Below, piece by piece: positions 49,083-63,708 of a DNA stretch of 64,000 bases. Source of the DNA: Vicugna vicugna (taxonomy: Eukaryota). Each line of letters opens with the position of its first letter. Within the stretch, counting starts at the first letter, position 1. A program made the position numbers and the translations under genes. The notes under the pieces were generated by a model. It was not told the DNA's origin, made no database searches, and was given only the letters and a program-made list of their open reading frames with translations. The DNA is taken from positions 5,204,792 to 5,268,791 of the forward strand of contig MU058384.1 of assembly GCA_013265495.1 (NCBI GenBank), read 5' to 3'.

Positions 49083-52000
49083 CTAAAGTTTTTCATTTTT
49101 TAAATTTAAACCTCAGCAATGCCTTTTATGTAAACATACTCTGTACAAACATATCAATTTTTATTTAACTAAATCTCACTTAGATACTTAAACTCTGTAA
49201 AAGATATGGGGCAAAAATCAAATAAACAGTGGCACACCTGTGTCCATGGGTATCCTTCCCGGATCTAAAGCACATTTCTCATGTTAAGGCTTATTTCTGT
49301 ACTCAAAGAATTGTGAATCTAGAGAGAATCTTAGAGGGTGTAAGTTTCTATCCTTTGCTTTCTGTATCTAAAATGTAAGCAGAAGCGTCTTGGGGAGATG
49401 GGGGAAGGGAGTGGAATCTTAATCTTTCCCATCATCACTCCTTTCTAAGGGCCATAGCTCTGGAACTGTGTACTTGTGCTCCAGGTCAGCTCTGCATTGC
49501 CTTCTCTAATGCAGGCTGTTCGATATCACACATGGGTTTTTAAGCTCTATTAGACTGTATTGGATCCCTAAATAAAGTCAGTGACATAGAACATCTAGCT
49601 ATTGCATTTGAGCTCTTTTCTTGCCTACTCTTGGAACAGAGTTGTATAAAGCAGTGCTTTGCTCTGTGTTTGCTCTAGATGTGTTCAGTTAGGTGGGAAT
49701 TAAATGCCAAGGCAAGAATCCAGTGGTGGATCAAATGCTATAACTTTGTCCATCCCCTCCTCGAAACAGAGGAAGTACCCAGCTCCATGTCCCTGCCTTA
49801 TGTTTACCCTTAGTAGAGCCCATATCATTTGAACACACAGAAGGGCTCACTACTTTTCCTGGCGAGTCCTCAAGGTCATTGGTCTGCTGCTTCCCACAGT
49901 AACTGTAACAACAATTTATCTCTTGTGAACAAAATAGCAGACCCTTAGCCTACATACCATTGTCAAAACATTATCCCAGTAGGACAAGAGAGTTGCTGAC
50001 TGTGAAAGAGAATTGGCAAAATAGGGGAAAAAGAAAACAAGATTTGAAAACTCAGATATTTTAGTCTAAATCTTATAAATGTCAGTGATACGGATTTCTA
50101 TCTGAAAGAGAGGATGGACTTCAATTTTGTTCTTCCATCTTCTTTCTATATCTTAATGAAGACAGTTTTTAGTAAATATTTAAGGAAAAAAGACAAGAAT
50201 GGCAGTGATCTCTGAATGTACCAATGACCTCCTAACGACCTCCCAGTAACCCAGCAAGTCCTCTCACTAGATGGGTGCAGGCCCCGTGTTCACAGTTAAC
50301 GAGGTTTCATTAGGGCTGAAAAAAATTTGCCATCGCTTCCAAACATGAGCTGAGTTCTGAGAGGGCCCCAGCAGGACACAGATTTCCCTTTTTCATCTTT
50401 TTGCTTCCCTGGTGTGTAATCTTATCTTTTGAAAGAGTTGCAATCAGAACAAATTACCTAAAGAGTGGGGAATGAAAAGATTTCACAGTCATTGTGGGCA
50501 TTTTTTAGTTTTCTTTAACAATTGGTACCTTCCCTTAGTAATTGAAAATGATCCAAGAAATCTATATGTACTTGGCAATGTTTTTCTAAGTGTGTGAACT
50601 AGAGAGGGCTCTTAAGGTGACAGAGATTGCTTCAACCCATGCTCAGGAGCTCTGGAAAACCAGCCACCTGCCTTGTTGCCTGGTTCTCTGCCTCAACAGG
50701 GACCACAGAGAGGTTAGGGGACAATTGCTGCTATGGGGAGGATCACAGCCTGAAAGGGGAGGGGCTTTAGTGACTGGTTTACGGCTCACTTTCCAGATGC
50801 AGAGTTTAGTGGGGTTAGTGTGCCCCTTACAATCCTGCGAAGAGGATGAAGAATGATGCTCTTCAGAATCGCCCTTGATTTTTTTCGTCAGTGCTCCAGT
50901 CCCACTAGGACCGTGGTCATTGTCAGGAAGGCAGCCTCACCGCATCTCTGAAATGCACGGAGCATTCTGTACCTGCTGGTTCATGCATCACACCCTGTCC
51001 ATTCCGTGGGTGTTGGAAAATGTGTGTCTGTTTCCTGAGGTTCAGGGAAATGAAGAACAGGCCCGAGTTCACTAGGACTCAGCAGATATTTGAATGTCTC
51101 AGAGGAGAGATTTCAGAGCAGGAAGGTGTTTATGATATTCCTGAGGGATGCTTGGAGGGGACACCTGCCACCTCAGGTGTCATTTCTTCAGCTTTATACT
51201 TGATGAGTTAGAAATGTCTGGAATAGAAACAGCCATCTATTTGAAATGTTATCTTCTAGACAAAGTGGCACTGCCCGGGTGTCACTCAGAAGACTACAAG
51301 AAGAATGTTGGAGCTAGGTGTCAAGAAAAGGTCCATGGGAAAGAGGACTTGTTACTGATGGGAAGTCAGGTGGAGAACGCTAACCTGTAGTGCCTTGAAC
51401 GTATTACCATTGACTGAATGACTAAACAAGCAGAGGTTAGAAGGGCCCTTAGTAGGACTGAGGACTTTCTGAGCCTCCTGTTATTTCAGACTAAGGTGCT
51501 GATGGAATCGGCCCTGTCTGCAAAGCCCAGGGAGACTTCTAGGGGTGATAGTCTCAGCTCTGGGTGTGGTAAGGATTTAACAAAGAAGAAAATTTGGACA
51601 GCAACTCAAAAGAGTGGATATCAGATCCACACTTTCTAGTAGATAAGGACATGACCACCTTAAGCAAAGCAGGTGTCATAGTCTCAAATGGCGGTATGTC
51701 TAAGTGGAAATCAGCGCAGGTCATCTTTGCAGATGTATTTAATCTAACGGAGGCGTTGGAGGCTGGGAGAGTGTAGGGTCTGAGATACAATCCTGTCTTA
51801 CAGCAGCTCAGAGGCTTTGTTCCTGCCAGCGAGCTCAGTCGTTAGGAGTCCAAATGCAGGGTGCAAAGCCATTGGTGGCTGTGGACTTCAAGTTCAGAGC
51901 AGGACCGATTTTTATCATGGTTCTTAGATGAAGTTCAAGATAAGGCCCCCCAAACTTCTCCTTTCCCTGGGAACAATGCAGAAACTCTATTTACTCCCTG

Positions 52001-53413
52001 GGTTACTTTAATGCTGGGTGATTCAAATATTCATTTCTGTCTTCCTTTAGTCAAGCCAAATTTTTCATGTGCTTAGCCAAAAGCTATTGGAAAATCAGGA
52101 TGATAGCCAGGTTCAGAGTAATTTCTAAAATACAAGACAAAGTAGAAAAAGAATTAGACTGCTCTTTGAACATAAAAACAAGTAACATTACCAATGCAGG
52201 TTCAAAGCCAGCCTCATAAAGAAAGAAGTATAATTGTAAATTTTAATAGCTGCAACTGAACTACATTTTGCATGGATTTGTAAAGCAGCCTGTGCAAAAA
52301 GGGAGATTATGAGTCACGAGCATGACTGTGTCAATCTCTGAGTCACACGTCAGTTTCTGAAATTGATCTTGAGTGTATTCACTCTGGTATGAGCCTCGTC
52401 CTAAAGAGAGGGATTCTTTTGGAGCTGTTCTAACTAGGGTGTCCTCTTGAGCAGGGCACTGAAAAATCCTCTGTCATTTGCCATGGTGATGGCAGTACGT
52501 GCAGTTCATCCTGTGTCACAAAAATCAGGTCATCTCTCGCTGGGTTGGTGAAGTGCTACGGGTGGAGGGGAGGAAAATCAGTGAGGAGATTGTCTGGTGA
52601 AACTGCTGAACAGCTCCTTGATTTTAACGTGTGTTACACGCTCCTGAAATTTCTTTGGAGGAAAGAACACCTGCAGAATATCGACAATTTTTGAAGCTTG
52701 ATGGTAGATAAAGGGGGTTAATTATATGATCTTTACTTTTGTTTAAAATTTTCTATTATAAAAGCTAAAATACTGCTCCAAAGCATTCCTAGGAAATCTT
52801 TTTTCTTTTTTCTTTTTTTTTTTTAATAAAAAGCAGTTTAAGGAATTCTTGTACTCTGGTTTCCTTAATTGAAAACCAACTTAAAAAAAGAGAAATATAC
52901 GTATTTAGTTATATAAGCCTATTATTTTTGCCTCTTTTGTACATTTACATATGTTTTTCTCTAGTATGTAAGAGAAAAAGTGAACTAAAGGGGGGTTTTC
53001 CCTAAAGAGACTATTTTTTTTTCCCACACTAGTGCTTGTGGTCTGAAAAATTCCATTAAGATATGGCAAGGAGACAGCTAGAGTCCACTTTCCACTTTAT
53101 GGAATGGGGTTAAGAATTGACTCTTAACTGAATCCACGCATATGAAAGTACACACACTTGCCTTTCATTATCTTGACTACCTTTTATGCAGGGAAACTCC
53201 AATGAGCATTGATTCTAGCCCTGAGGTGCACTCTGAAATATTCAGTGCAGCAAGATTTCCTGATAACTCATGTTCAAGAGGGAATAGACCTTGGTTTAGC
53301 ATATACACATTATCTGCATTTTAATGATTAGGTGCAGCTTGAAGCTACAAACCACAACCTGACATGTCTGGTTATGTATTTTAAAGATATGTGTGAAAAC
53401 TCTTTAGGCTTCT

Positions 53414-53437
53414 GTGTGTGTGTGTGTGTGTGTGTGT
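53414..53437. repeat. (TG)n microsatellite
   Basis: Read directly. Confidence 0.9.
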
Positions 53438-53529
53438 ATGTTCTCTTTTGGTGCAGGGAATATAAGCATTTGAGGGAACTGAATTGCTTATATTTTACAG
53501 ACTACTAAGTAACACTTTAGATCCATCAA

Positions 53530-56520
53530 CTTATTAATTTAATAAATTCACTCAGTGAAGAAATATTTACAAAGTAGTTTTATGAGTCGGACGTGGTGGT
53601 AGGTGCTGTGAACAGTAACGAGCAAAGCTATGTGATGGTCTCCATTTTCGGGGGCCTTCTGGGCTCGAGTGGGAGAGAGCCTTCATCTAGATAACCAGGC
53701 ACGTGACTATGTGATTACAAACGCTACAAGTGCAATGAGAAAAAGTGAGGGTGCTCTGAGAGTGTGTGATAAGTCAGCCCCACATGGCGTGAAGTCAGGG
53801 AAGGCATCCCGGAGGAGGTGATATTTGAACTCACATCTAAAGGGTGGAAAGAGTGTTCGCCGGACTGAGGGAAAGAGAAGAGCTGGATTTCTGGGAGAAA
53901 CATGGCACTATGGAAGCACTAAGAGGCCAAGGTTACTAGAGGGTCAAGGGCAGAGGGAAACTGGGCAGCAGTGGCACCGGAGAGGTAAGTCCACGCCAAG
54001 TCCTGCAGGGCAGGGCTATATATGCCATGGAAAGAATTTGGTCTTTATCTTTAGAGCAATTGGAAAGTCTATTAAGGGTTTTAAGTGGGGAATAACATGA
54101 TCCGATTTACACTTTTAAGAAAATCACTTTGACTGGAGTCTGGAAAATGGATTAGAATAAGACAGGAGTGCCAGCAGCCCCCGGAGAGGTGGTGATTATA
54201 GACTATTAGGAGCCAGCCTCTCAGCTGTAAATTGGGAATGGGGAGGTGAGGAGAATATTATCCTGACTCTTCAAGATCACATGCTACGGGGAGTCAGACT
54301 GGTAAACAGGCAATGATGGTACACTGTGATGGGCTTCCTGCGAGAGGGGAGCAAAACACTTCATGGGAACACAGTGGTGAGACAACTATCTTGACTTGCA
54401 GGATCAGGTGAAGCTGCATGAGGAGGCAGCATCCGATCTGGGTCCTGAAGCATGAGTAAGAGCCCAAGAGGAGATTCAAAATTATGCCAGCAAGAAGGAA
54501 CAGCAAGAACAAGTTTAAAGGTAGTTTGAAATGCCCTGAACTTCAGGGAATGGTAAGCAGTCGGAGAGGGTTGTCTCCTTGCCAGCCACACTGCCTCCAG
54601 CCCAGGTTAGATGCTTCCAGATTGCTCCCTTTAGGACCTTGACTTCGATAATTCTTTGATCACACCAGGGCCAGGAATCCATCAACCCCTCCCCAGCTTT
54701 TCTCTGTGCCTCACACCTTGTCCTCCGTGGCCCAAACTAAACCCATGAACCACCATCAGCATCATTTCCTGGTATAGACTCTCAGCCTCTGCCCTTCTCT
54801 AACTTTGTCTTAGAGACCCAGTGACCCTCACCCCTGGTTTGCTCTAACTCAACCTACTTCACCCTACAGTTAAACAGCTTCTCTTGGCTGGAGAGAAACT
54901 CAGGGCCATGGGCTCTGGTCTCTGTTGGCACCACTGAACTTCCGGGAGCTCAGTCTAGCCAGGCTGTGCTACTACATTTTCCTAGTTTGTTCACTCCCCC
55001 ACTCTCCTAAATGACCACTTTATATATTCTGCTTTCTTCTAGAGTAGCCATACCCCCATCCTCACTCTCATTTGACAGCTTATTTTCATTTCAAGCAATC
55101 AGGAGAGACTTCCACGTGGTCCCAGATCACATCTGCCCACTAGCCTGTCCATACTGTTAAGGACCAGCTGTCAACTCCACTCCTGTCAAAAGCTAGCTCC
55201 TTTACTGTGCATATTTCCTCCCCTCCTTCAAGGACACAATTCTGGGAAATTTTTTGTTCTTTTACTCCACCACCGATTTCCCCCTCTCTACTGAATCATC
55301 TCCATCAACATGAAACATATTGTAACATCTCCCACCATAAAAAATGTTGACTCTCTCTTGACCTCACATCCATAAAGACTGTCCCATTATTCTGCTCCCC
55401 TTTACAAGGAAGTTCGTCTTTACTTATTGATTCTAGTCCTCTTATTTCCATTCTTTGTTAGCCCTATGCTAATCAGATATCTCCCCCAATCACTTCTCTG
55501 AAATTGCTGTTATCATCTCCAATCAAAATCTGCACATTGCTAAATCCATGTGAAGATTTAGTCTTCATTTTACTTAACTGTCAACACTATTTGATGTAAT
55601 TCATCATCCCTTCTCCTTGAAACACTTTTTTTCCATCTGGGACCCAAAGTCTCCTGGTATTTTTCTCTTTTTCATGGGCTGCTTCTCTTCAATCTCTTTA
55701 CTCCATCTTCTTCCCACCAATTGCCAAATAATGGAGGACCTCAGCGCTCAGTCCCTGGACTTTTTCTTTTCTCTATCTACATCACATCTAAGAAATGAAT
55801 GTAAAAGAGAAATGAGCTCATCTAGTAAAGAGTTTATCAAGTCTCTTAGATTTAAAGACCACAATACGCTGATGAGTTTGTTTTTTTCTCCAGCCTGGAT
55901 CTCTCTACTGAATTCTATGCTCAAAAGTGTCTGCCTCATGTTTCCACTGGAATCATCAAGATGTACCTCAAACTTAGAATTGCTGCTCTGTAGCCCCAGA
56001 CCTGCTCCTCACTTTTTCTCACACCTCATATAATTCATTGCTAATTCCTCTGAACTGTATCTTCAGTAAATATTCAAGATGTGACCATTTCTTGTCACCT
56101 CCTCTGCCACCACCCTGGTGGAAGCCACCAGTGTTTCTCACCTGGATTTCTGCAGCAGCCTCCTAACCTCTTTCACTTTTGCTCTCTCCAACCCTGCACA
56201 GCATACTTTCAACTCAAAATCCAGAGTGATCCTCTTACAGTGTAAATAGTACCTTGTCACCTTGCTGCTCAAAATCCCCCAAGGATATTCCAGGAAATGT
56301 AGTTCCTGTCTAGGCCCCTGCCAGTGACAGCTTCACTCTGGGAATGCTGATGGACAGAAGGCCATCTCTGTCACATGCCCTCTACATGTGTTTGTGTAGT
56401 GTCAGTGTTCCTTCACTGGAATGTGTCCCCATGGACAAGTGATTTTTTTCTGTTTCTAGCTCTCTTGTAACTCCAGGACAAAGAACAGTTCTTGGCTCCT
56501 GGTAGATCTCTGATGAATAT
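53530..56520. mobile_element. Extended L2 LINE relics (minus-strand piece followed by a long plus-strand piece)
   Basis: catgatccgatttacacttttaagaaaatcactttgactg; ctccttgaaacactttttt; caccctggtggaagccacca...ctcacctggat...cagcctcctaac; ccagagtgatcct. Confidence 0.7.
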
Positions 56521-58229
56521 TTTTAAAAGTTATTTTTAAAAAGGCCATAGATCAGAGGAGGGGAGGGGTTATTGCCAGTGTAGGGGGAGTGGAGGCTGAA
56601 AGGATAGAGTCAGATCATGAAAGACCATGGCTGTGTACATTTGAAGCCAGAATGAGCACGGGCTTCCCTAAAGCACAAGGATGCCCAGGTCTCAGGCAAA
56701 CTGGACTAGAACCAAAGCATTTGGCCCCCCTTTTTTTCCATGAAACCATTTGGACAACAGTTGCACAACAGGAATTTCTCTATTGCCATCCTGTGGCTTT
56801 GGAGATAAGCAGCAGTGAATCAGCTGAAACCCCAAAATGTAATTCTGTTTGATTTAACTGCATTTGTATGCACACAGCCCCTGTTCCTCCATGGGAAAGT
56901 TTGTCTTTGTTCAGTGGACTGCGTGCTAAATCTGTGGCATAATTCCACATCATTTCTTTGGTTTTTTGCCTCTACATATCCTCCTATTTTAGGCTTGATC
57001 TGTTATTACACAGGAAAGTATAAAGCGTGAAACATCATCAATGCAATTCGGGTTGAAGTGATGTTGGAGGGGGTGACTTTAGACTTCAAACGAAGTTCCC
57101 AGGCTCCTATGCAGCCTCTCCCAGTGTCACCATTTGAGATCAAACCCTGAACTGGATAGACTGTGTTTTTGATTTAGTAATTCATGTTGGGTTCCTCTGG
57201 AATACAGCATGACCATGATATGTCAAACTAGGAGAAGATACACGTCTATGTAGTCAATATGTTGTCAAATATTCAGATACTTGAAACTGTGACATAATTG
57301 ACTGAACACAAGTTATGCTGACATCATCTTTGTACTTGTGGGGTTTTTAATTGGCCACATATTTTATTTTTGCATCATAAAAATCGCCCATGTGATGTGC
57401 TCTTTAAAACAGGTTGTGTAATGTGAAAGATCAAAATATGTATAAAGTGCTGGTTGTACAAAATCTTTTATTCAGTCTTGGAAAGTGCGCTTATTACTGA
57501 AAGGAAAATCAGTCCAGAGGATTTGTCAACTAAAACATTGGGTATGTGGTTGCAAAGATGCTACGCAGAGAGGAAGAGAGAGGAACTGACAAATGCCTGA
57601 CAAACCCCTCATGCTCTTACCCTGGAGTATTTTTGTTTGAAAGACCAAGTCATGTTAGGTTCAATTTATTTCATTAGATAATTTTCATATTGGGTCAAGA
57701 TTCTTTCTGAGACATCTACATGGACTTTGGGCCCCATCATATGATGTTGACCATATAATTGAAGAGGAACTGCTTCTACCCCTCAGAGGAGGGGATGGAA
57801 ACAATGTAAAGCCCCCTTATCCTGGAAGCCTGGTGGTGCCAGGATGTAACATTGGGGGGTAAGTGGAATGCAGTTTTGGTTCATGATTATCTATGTTACA
57901 CAACTGCCTTGATCACAATTAGAGACATAAATTGATGTTTTTCTACTAAATAGTAGGGAGAAAAGCCTAAGGGTAGGATGTGTGAGGATTTTTTTCCATT
58001 TTATTTTTTTGCTAGTATTTTTCTTTCTCAAAACACTAAAAAAAAAATCATTTGGACTAAGCCAGCTATTTCTCTGAATTAATTCATTACAGAGATACTT
58101 GTATCTCCTAAGAGCGATGACTATCACAGTTGCCTTTCAGAAACCTATAGATAATTATTTGCTAATATTTTTGCCTCTAATGGAAACACTAACAAGTAAT
58201 CTGATCATCAGGTGGGAGGCGTTTTCTAT

Positions 58230-58480
58230 CTCTTAGTTTGCAAAAGAGGCCATAGCAAAGTATCACAAACTGAGTGGTTTAAATAACAGAAATATTTTCT
58301 CACAGTTCTGGAGGCTAGAAATCCAAGATCCAGATGTTGGCAGGGTTTGTTCCTTCTGAGAGCAGTGAGGGGGACCCTGTTCCATGCCGCTCACCTTGTT
58401 TCTGGTGATTTACTGGCAACTTTTGGCATTTTCTTGGTTTATAGGATCACCCTGATCTCTGCCGTCAGCAGTGTATGGTA
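58230..58480 (-). mobile_element. MLT1C-like LTR fragment
   Basis: caaagtatcacaaactgagtggtttaaataacagaaat...ctcacagttctggaggctagaaatccaagatc. Confidence 0.8.
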
Positions 58481-61400
58481 TTTTCTGTATGATAATGAAA
58501 CTGAGGCTCAGAGAGGTTACTTGCCCAAATTTACATTTACTAAATGGCTATATAAGCATTAAAAGTTATATATAGAACCAGAAATCAAATCCAAGAACAC
58601 CCACTTAACACATACTGCCTTCCTGAATTCTGTAGAGGGCACCATTACTGGAACCATCAATCAATATTTTTCCTTTCATGTGAATAATAAAGTTAAATAT
58701 ACATTACTGAGCTTCAGTTTCACTATGTATAAAATGAGGATAATAATGCCTTCCTTGCAAGGATGTTGGGAGAATTAAATTGGATAACTTTTGAAAAGCC
58801 ACCGGAATTAAACAAGTCTTATTTAAAAGATCATTTCTTTTTTACTCTTTAATTTATACTTTAATTTATTTTGAGTCACTATCTTTACATTTTTGTAAGT
58901 GGGAAACAGTCAAAATTGATTAACTGGAACTATCCACAATGCTCCACTTTGCTCTGCCTTTTATCTTTTTAATCAATATTCCTTGGATTCAAAGGTTTGA
59001 ATGTGGAATTATGATTGCTGGATGTTTTCAGAGTACACCAGGTTCTAACAGTACTAATTAATATTGTAGCAGAGTGAGCGTGTTAGCAGTAAATTGTGAA
59101 TTCTAGGCAAATGGGTGAGCTAACAAAAATCCAGTGCGATGAATGACCCATTAACTTGTGAGACGCTTGGGTACACGCTGCAGGGCAGGACAGAGCTGAA
59201 GGCACTGGACCATAATATGGTTAAGTATTAAACATTGAGTAGCATGTAGAAGAGATCTCCATTGCATTCCCTTCAAATGTTTTAAGTAAGCATCTAGCTT
59301 TTAAAGAGTCAGTCATTATTAGTGAATGGCCTGTTTTTCCTTCTCAGACTTTTCATGTGATTAGTCTTCCAACAATGCCACTGGTGTCCTAAGAATTCTC
59401 AAAGTTGGAAAGAAAATAGTAGAAAAAAGGAGGGAAGTGAAAAAATTTATTTGCAATCAGTTTGGTCTTAGAGACAGAGCATCAACTTTTTAACTGCTGA
59501 ATCTGGTCTCTTTCCAAATTAGTTTAGACACACTTTGAGGTACCAGATCTAAAATTCTAAGAAAAACCTGATTTCAGTTTCTTTCTATGCACATTATGGC
59601 AGATGTTAGCATCTGTTTTTAGAAAATTTCTCTGCCTCTTGAAGTGTTCTACATTCTTGCATAAAACTACACAAAACAAGCAGGAAGCCTACCCAGAACA
59701 TGTACTGGCAAACTATTTCATTACTGACTGTGAATAGTTATAATCTGGCTGGAAAACGTCAAATATGGTAGACACTTCCATTTTTATTGGTTGGTTCTAA
59801 GCATGTATTTCAGAAGTTACTGTTCCATCCTCTTATGTGTGAGCCATAATAATGGATGTGGCAGCACCACATCGATGGATATTAAAAGTGTCATCAGGTT
59901 TTCCTTCAGCTATAGACAGACTGTGATGGCCTTTCATTTCTGCGGCAGACAAGAGCAAAGGGAGTTCTGTAAAAAAAGAGATGGAGAGAAAATAAACTCC
60001 ACAGAGAAAGGAGCAGACATTCTTTGTAAGAAGACTCTGAACTGAAGCATTTTTTCCCCTCTCTTAATCCATAGGGGCAAGATAAGTAGCACCTCTAGAT
60101 ATACTGAAAAGAGCAGGTATGGGACCCAGACTCTAGAGAAGGACCATCATAGTTACTGACAGGGGTGAACAACTCTCAGACCAGAAGAAGGTAAGGATAG
60201 GAGACAAGTCTTGAAATGAAATGGATCAATTTATGGTATCTAGTGTTTCTGGGGAGTCACCAGCAGGGAAGAGAAGGTTGATCATCGAAGACTTTGACCC
60301 TACAGAGTCCAAGGTGAAGCTCTTTGTCTTTAAGAAGGAAGGAGCTGAAGGCAATGCTTTTCAGAGAGGGCACAAAGAAGAGAGCCTGAGGGAGCCTGGA
60401 CCCATCATAGGGTAATCAAATAAATACATGTTGAGCTGAACCATCGACCTGTCCAGTAGCCAGAAGAGCAGAAGCAGAGAACTTTTCACGATCAGGCTCA
60501 GACGTAAAAAAACGGGGAAGCTGGAACCCTTGCAGTTTATCCACATGTCAGAGGCTAACAGCATAGATTAGAGACGAAAGGAAATCACACCTAAGAACAG
60601 GTCCTAGAGTTTTGTTTTTAGATACTCACTAGCTTAGAAAAGTCAGGGCTTAATTGTCTTGATTTCAGAAAAGCAGAATTACTGGTTGAATAAGATCATG
60701 TTTGCCCTACCACTTGAAGTGAGCAAATACCAAGAATGCTGCAAAGGCAACTCTTTGCAATGGAAATTGGTGCCAGGGGAGACTTTTGCTCAGATGTCTG
60801 CTATAAAATGCCTGTGAATGTCTGTGAAATGGTACTATGGCTGCTGCGGCGGGGAGAGGTTTTCCATACCTTCCAGGCTTTATGGGTGGAAATAATAGCT
60901 CTTAGGTTAAGTGTCATCTGGAAAATAATTTCTTATTATTCCCAAGTGAAATATGTTTTCTGCTACAACAGCTCAGTGTTTCACTGTTGAACTGTTTCAT
61001 TCATTCATTCATTCATTCATTTGTTCATTCACTCATTCAACATTTAATCGGGGCACTCCCTGTCTGGCAGCCTGGTGCCTTCATGTACTTGCAGATTGCA
61101 TTTGCGCTGATGTTTCCCTGCGACTAGGATTTAATACCATTTGGACAGAGACAGAATATAAATACGGGGGGAAGTTATAAATGAAGTCTTTTCCTTTTCC
61201 GATGAAGGATTTTAGAGATTTAACATCATCAATTATTTCTATGAAAAGTCACAACATAAAAAGCTGTCTTCTAACAATGTGATTTGAAGAAAGAGATTCA
61301 TTGATAGGTTACCAGGGCTTATGATCCGCTGGACAATTCATCTTTGCACAAAGAAACTTCAGAAGAATCTGTCTGATTTTGAGTTTCTTCACATCCACAG

Positions 61401-61659
61401 AGGGAGGAACCATCCAATTTATATTTACTTTGTAAAAGTCTCTCAATCATGCATCACTTTTCTAGAGCATAAACCTCAGAATATCTCCCAGGCTTCCCCT
61501 GTAACATTAAACTGAAATGAAAATTGAAAGTAGAGTCAAGGAAAAATTAAAAAAAAAAGTTTAAATTCTTCTTCTTCCTTTTTTTTTTTTAAATTTGGAA
61601 AGCAGCAATCTTTATTGACTGAGATAAGAGCTTGTCTTGCCTGGTGTACCTATAGCCAG

Positions 61660-61880
61660 TGTTTCTTATGCTTTACAATGTGCTAAGTGCTTCACACATA
61701 TTAAGTCATTTAATCTTCAGAGCAACTCTAGGAGATTGGCACTGTTTCTTTCCCTGTTATACAGATGAGGACCTAGAGGTGCAGAAGCCAGTTAACGTGA
61801 CCAAGTTCTCAAAGCTAGAAAGTGCAACTTGAGGGTATGACCCTGGACAACATGGCTTCAGAGTCGGTGCTCTTGACCAC
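61660..61880 (-). mobile_element. MIR SINE
   Basis: tgtgctaagtgcttcacac...tcatttaatcttca...tacagatgagg. Confidence 0.75.
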
Positions 61881-62320
61881 TCCCCCGGGGCAGGGAAGCA
61901 ACACGGGCAAAGTGGGCGGTTATTACATGCCAGTTCCCTTCCACCGCTCCTGTCTTGATTTATCTTCAGACACTAGCTCAGCCTCGTTGAAAATAAGAAG
62001 CAAGTTACAGATAAAATGCAAGAACTAAAATGACCCACAGGATTCCTGTTACTCTTTGCTCAAGGGCTCTATTGTGGGAGTGCACTGGGGGCTGAAGGTG
62101 GGGAGAAAGTGCAGGCAGAAAACAGGAAGCTACTTAAGCCAGATGCCAGCCCCATATTATGATCATAGAAGTGTGACCTGTCTGAACTGAATAAAGAAAT
62201 AATCTGGTGCTGAGCTTCTCTGCCTATCTCTGACCTACTTCAGAGTTTATCCTGGTGGTGTTGATGGTTGATGGTGAGGGAAAGAGATCGAGAGAGTGAT
62301 AGAGATAAAGACAGAGATAG

Positions 62321-62321
<1 letters not shown>

Positions 62322-62352
<31 letters not shown>
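62322..62352. repeat. (GATA)n(GACA)n microsatellite
   Basis: Read directly. Confidence 0.9.
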
Positions 62353-62353
<1 letters not shown>

Positions 62354-63551
62354 ACTGATACCTGATATTTAATATTGGGATACTTTCAGATCAGATACCT
62401 TCAAGAACAGAGAGATGTGGGAAGTCTAGGTGGAACGGCTAGAAATAAAGAACATCTTTTTTTAGATTGAAGGAAATTGGAACTAATCATTGGTGCAACT
62501 TGAGATAATCCTCATCTCCGTAGGAACAGAAATGTGTGAGAGGAGCACTAGGTCAAAGTGAATGTCTTTGGTGTTGGAAAGGAGAGAGGACAGACAATTG
62601 GTGTTTATCTGGAACTGAGTTCACATCGGCAACCTGCTAAGGGCTGAAAGGGCCACAGTGAGAAAGGATTCTGCCAAGGGAGGGCTTCCTGAGAGTTGCA
62701 CAATTTTGTTGTATAGAGAAGGGAAGAGAGCTGCCTCACCAAAACGAGGCTGTCTAGTGTCTTCCAGAAATACCCAAGCGAGTTCGTGAATGTGTGAGCT
62801 GGGCACACGTCGCCCACGGAACATGCGTCCCCTTGACAGCACAGCTGGCACCTTGGGGAGGCTTCCTTCCTCACCGGCTACACGAGGATTAATTTCCACC
62901 CTGAACTCTGAGTGCAAAGTAAAGTGTTAGATGTCTTATGTTTTGCTACCTGCACGGCACACAGACTTCAATGGAGGGAACTTCTCTGCATCTATGTGTC
63001 CTGGACATGCTACCGGCTTCTTATCTTCATTCATGTCAAAAAGAGATTTTCATCACTTTCAAAGGCTCTCATGTGACCTGCAAGAAGTTGGCCTCAAATC
63101 TGGCAAGCAGGCTTCCAAACAAATGTAATATCACTGAGTGAAGAAAAAAAGTCAGCTGTTTGTTTTATTTCTTCATTAACATCTACCATGTTTGCCTTTT
63201 GCCAGTCAAGTTTTAAATAAATATACTTAGTGATGGACATTTACGTCAGTAACTTCATGTTTTCCTCTGAGGATTTCGAGCCTATGAATGAGGCCAGAAT
63301 GAAAGCCAACTATCTGATCAAGGCCTCTTTTCTTCGACTGTCTGTGATCGTCTCTGATCTCCTGAGATTTTCTATGATGTGAAAAGTCAGCCCTTAGTAA
63401 TCCAGGGGCATCTCTTTCAACATTGTAAACTGATTATACTTCAATAAAAAATAATTGAAATTAAAACAAAAAAAACCCCCAAAACCAAACCCCCCCAAAA
63501 AAGAGAAAGATGTTATAATGTTTATAAAAGACTGCTTTAAAAGTACTCGTG

Positions 63552-63563
63552 TGTGTGTGTGTA

Positions 63564-63610
<47 letters not shown>

Positions 63611-63708
63611 GTAATATATAATATATTTGTATAGCTGATCACTTTGGTGTGCACCTGAAACATGATAAATCAACTGTACTTCAATAACAAGAAATAACAA
63701 CTGAAAAA
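63552..63708 (+). mobile_element. L1 3' tip with internal (TG)n(TA)n microsatellite and TSD
   Basis: atagctgatcactttg...cacctgaaac...aaatcaactgtacttcaataa; aaaagtactc(g/a)tg at 63539-63551 and 63709-63721. Confidence 0.8.

Noticed and set aside
51594..60415. Protein-looking short ORFs (51594-51776, 55617-56033, 60221-60415)
   Set aside because: No recognisable homology or splice structure; 55617-56033 lies within L2 relic sequence.
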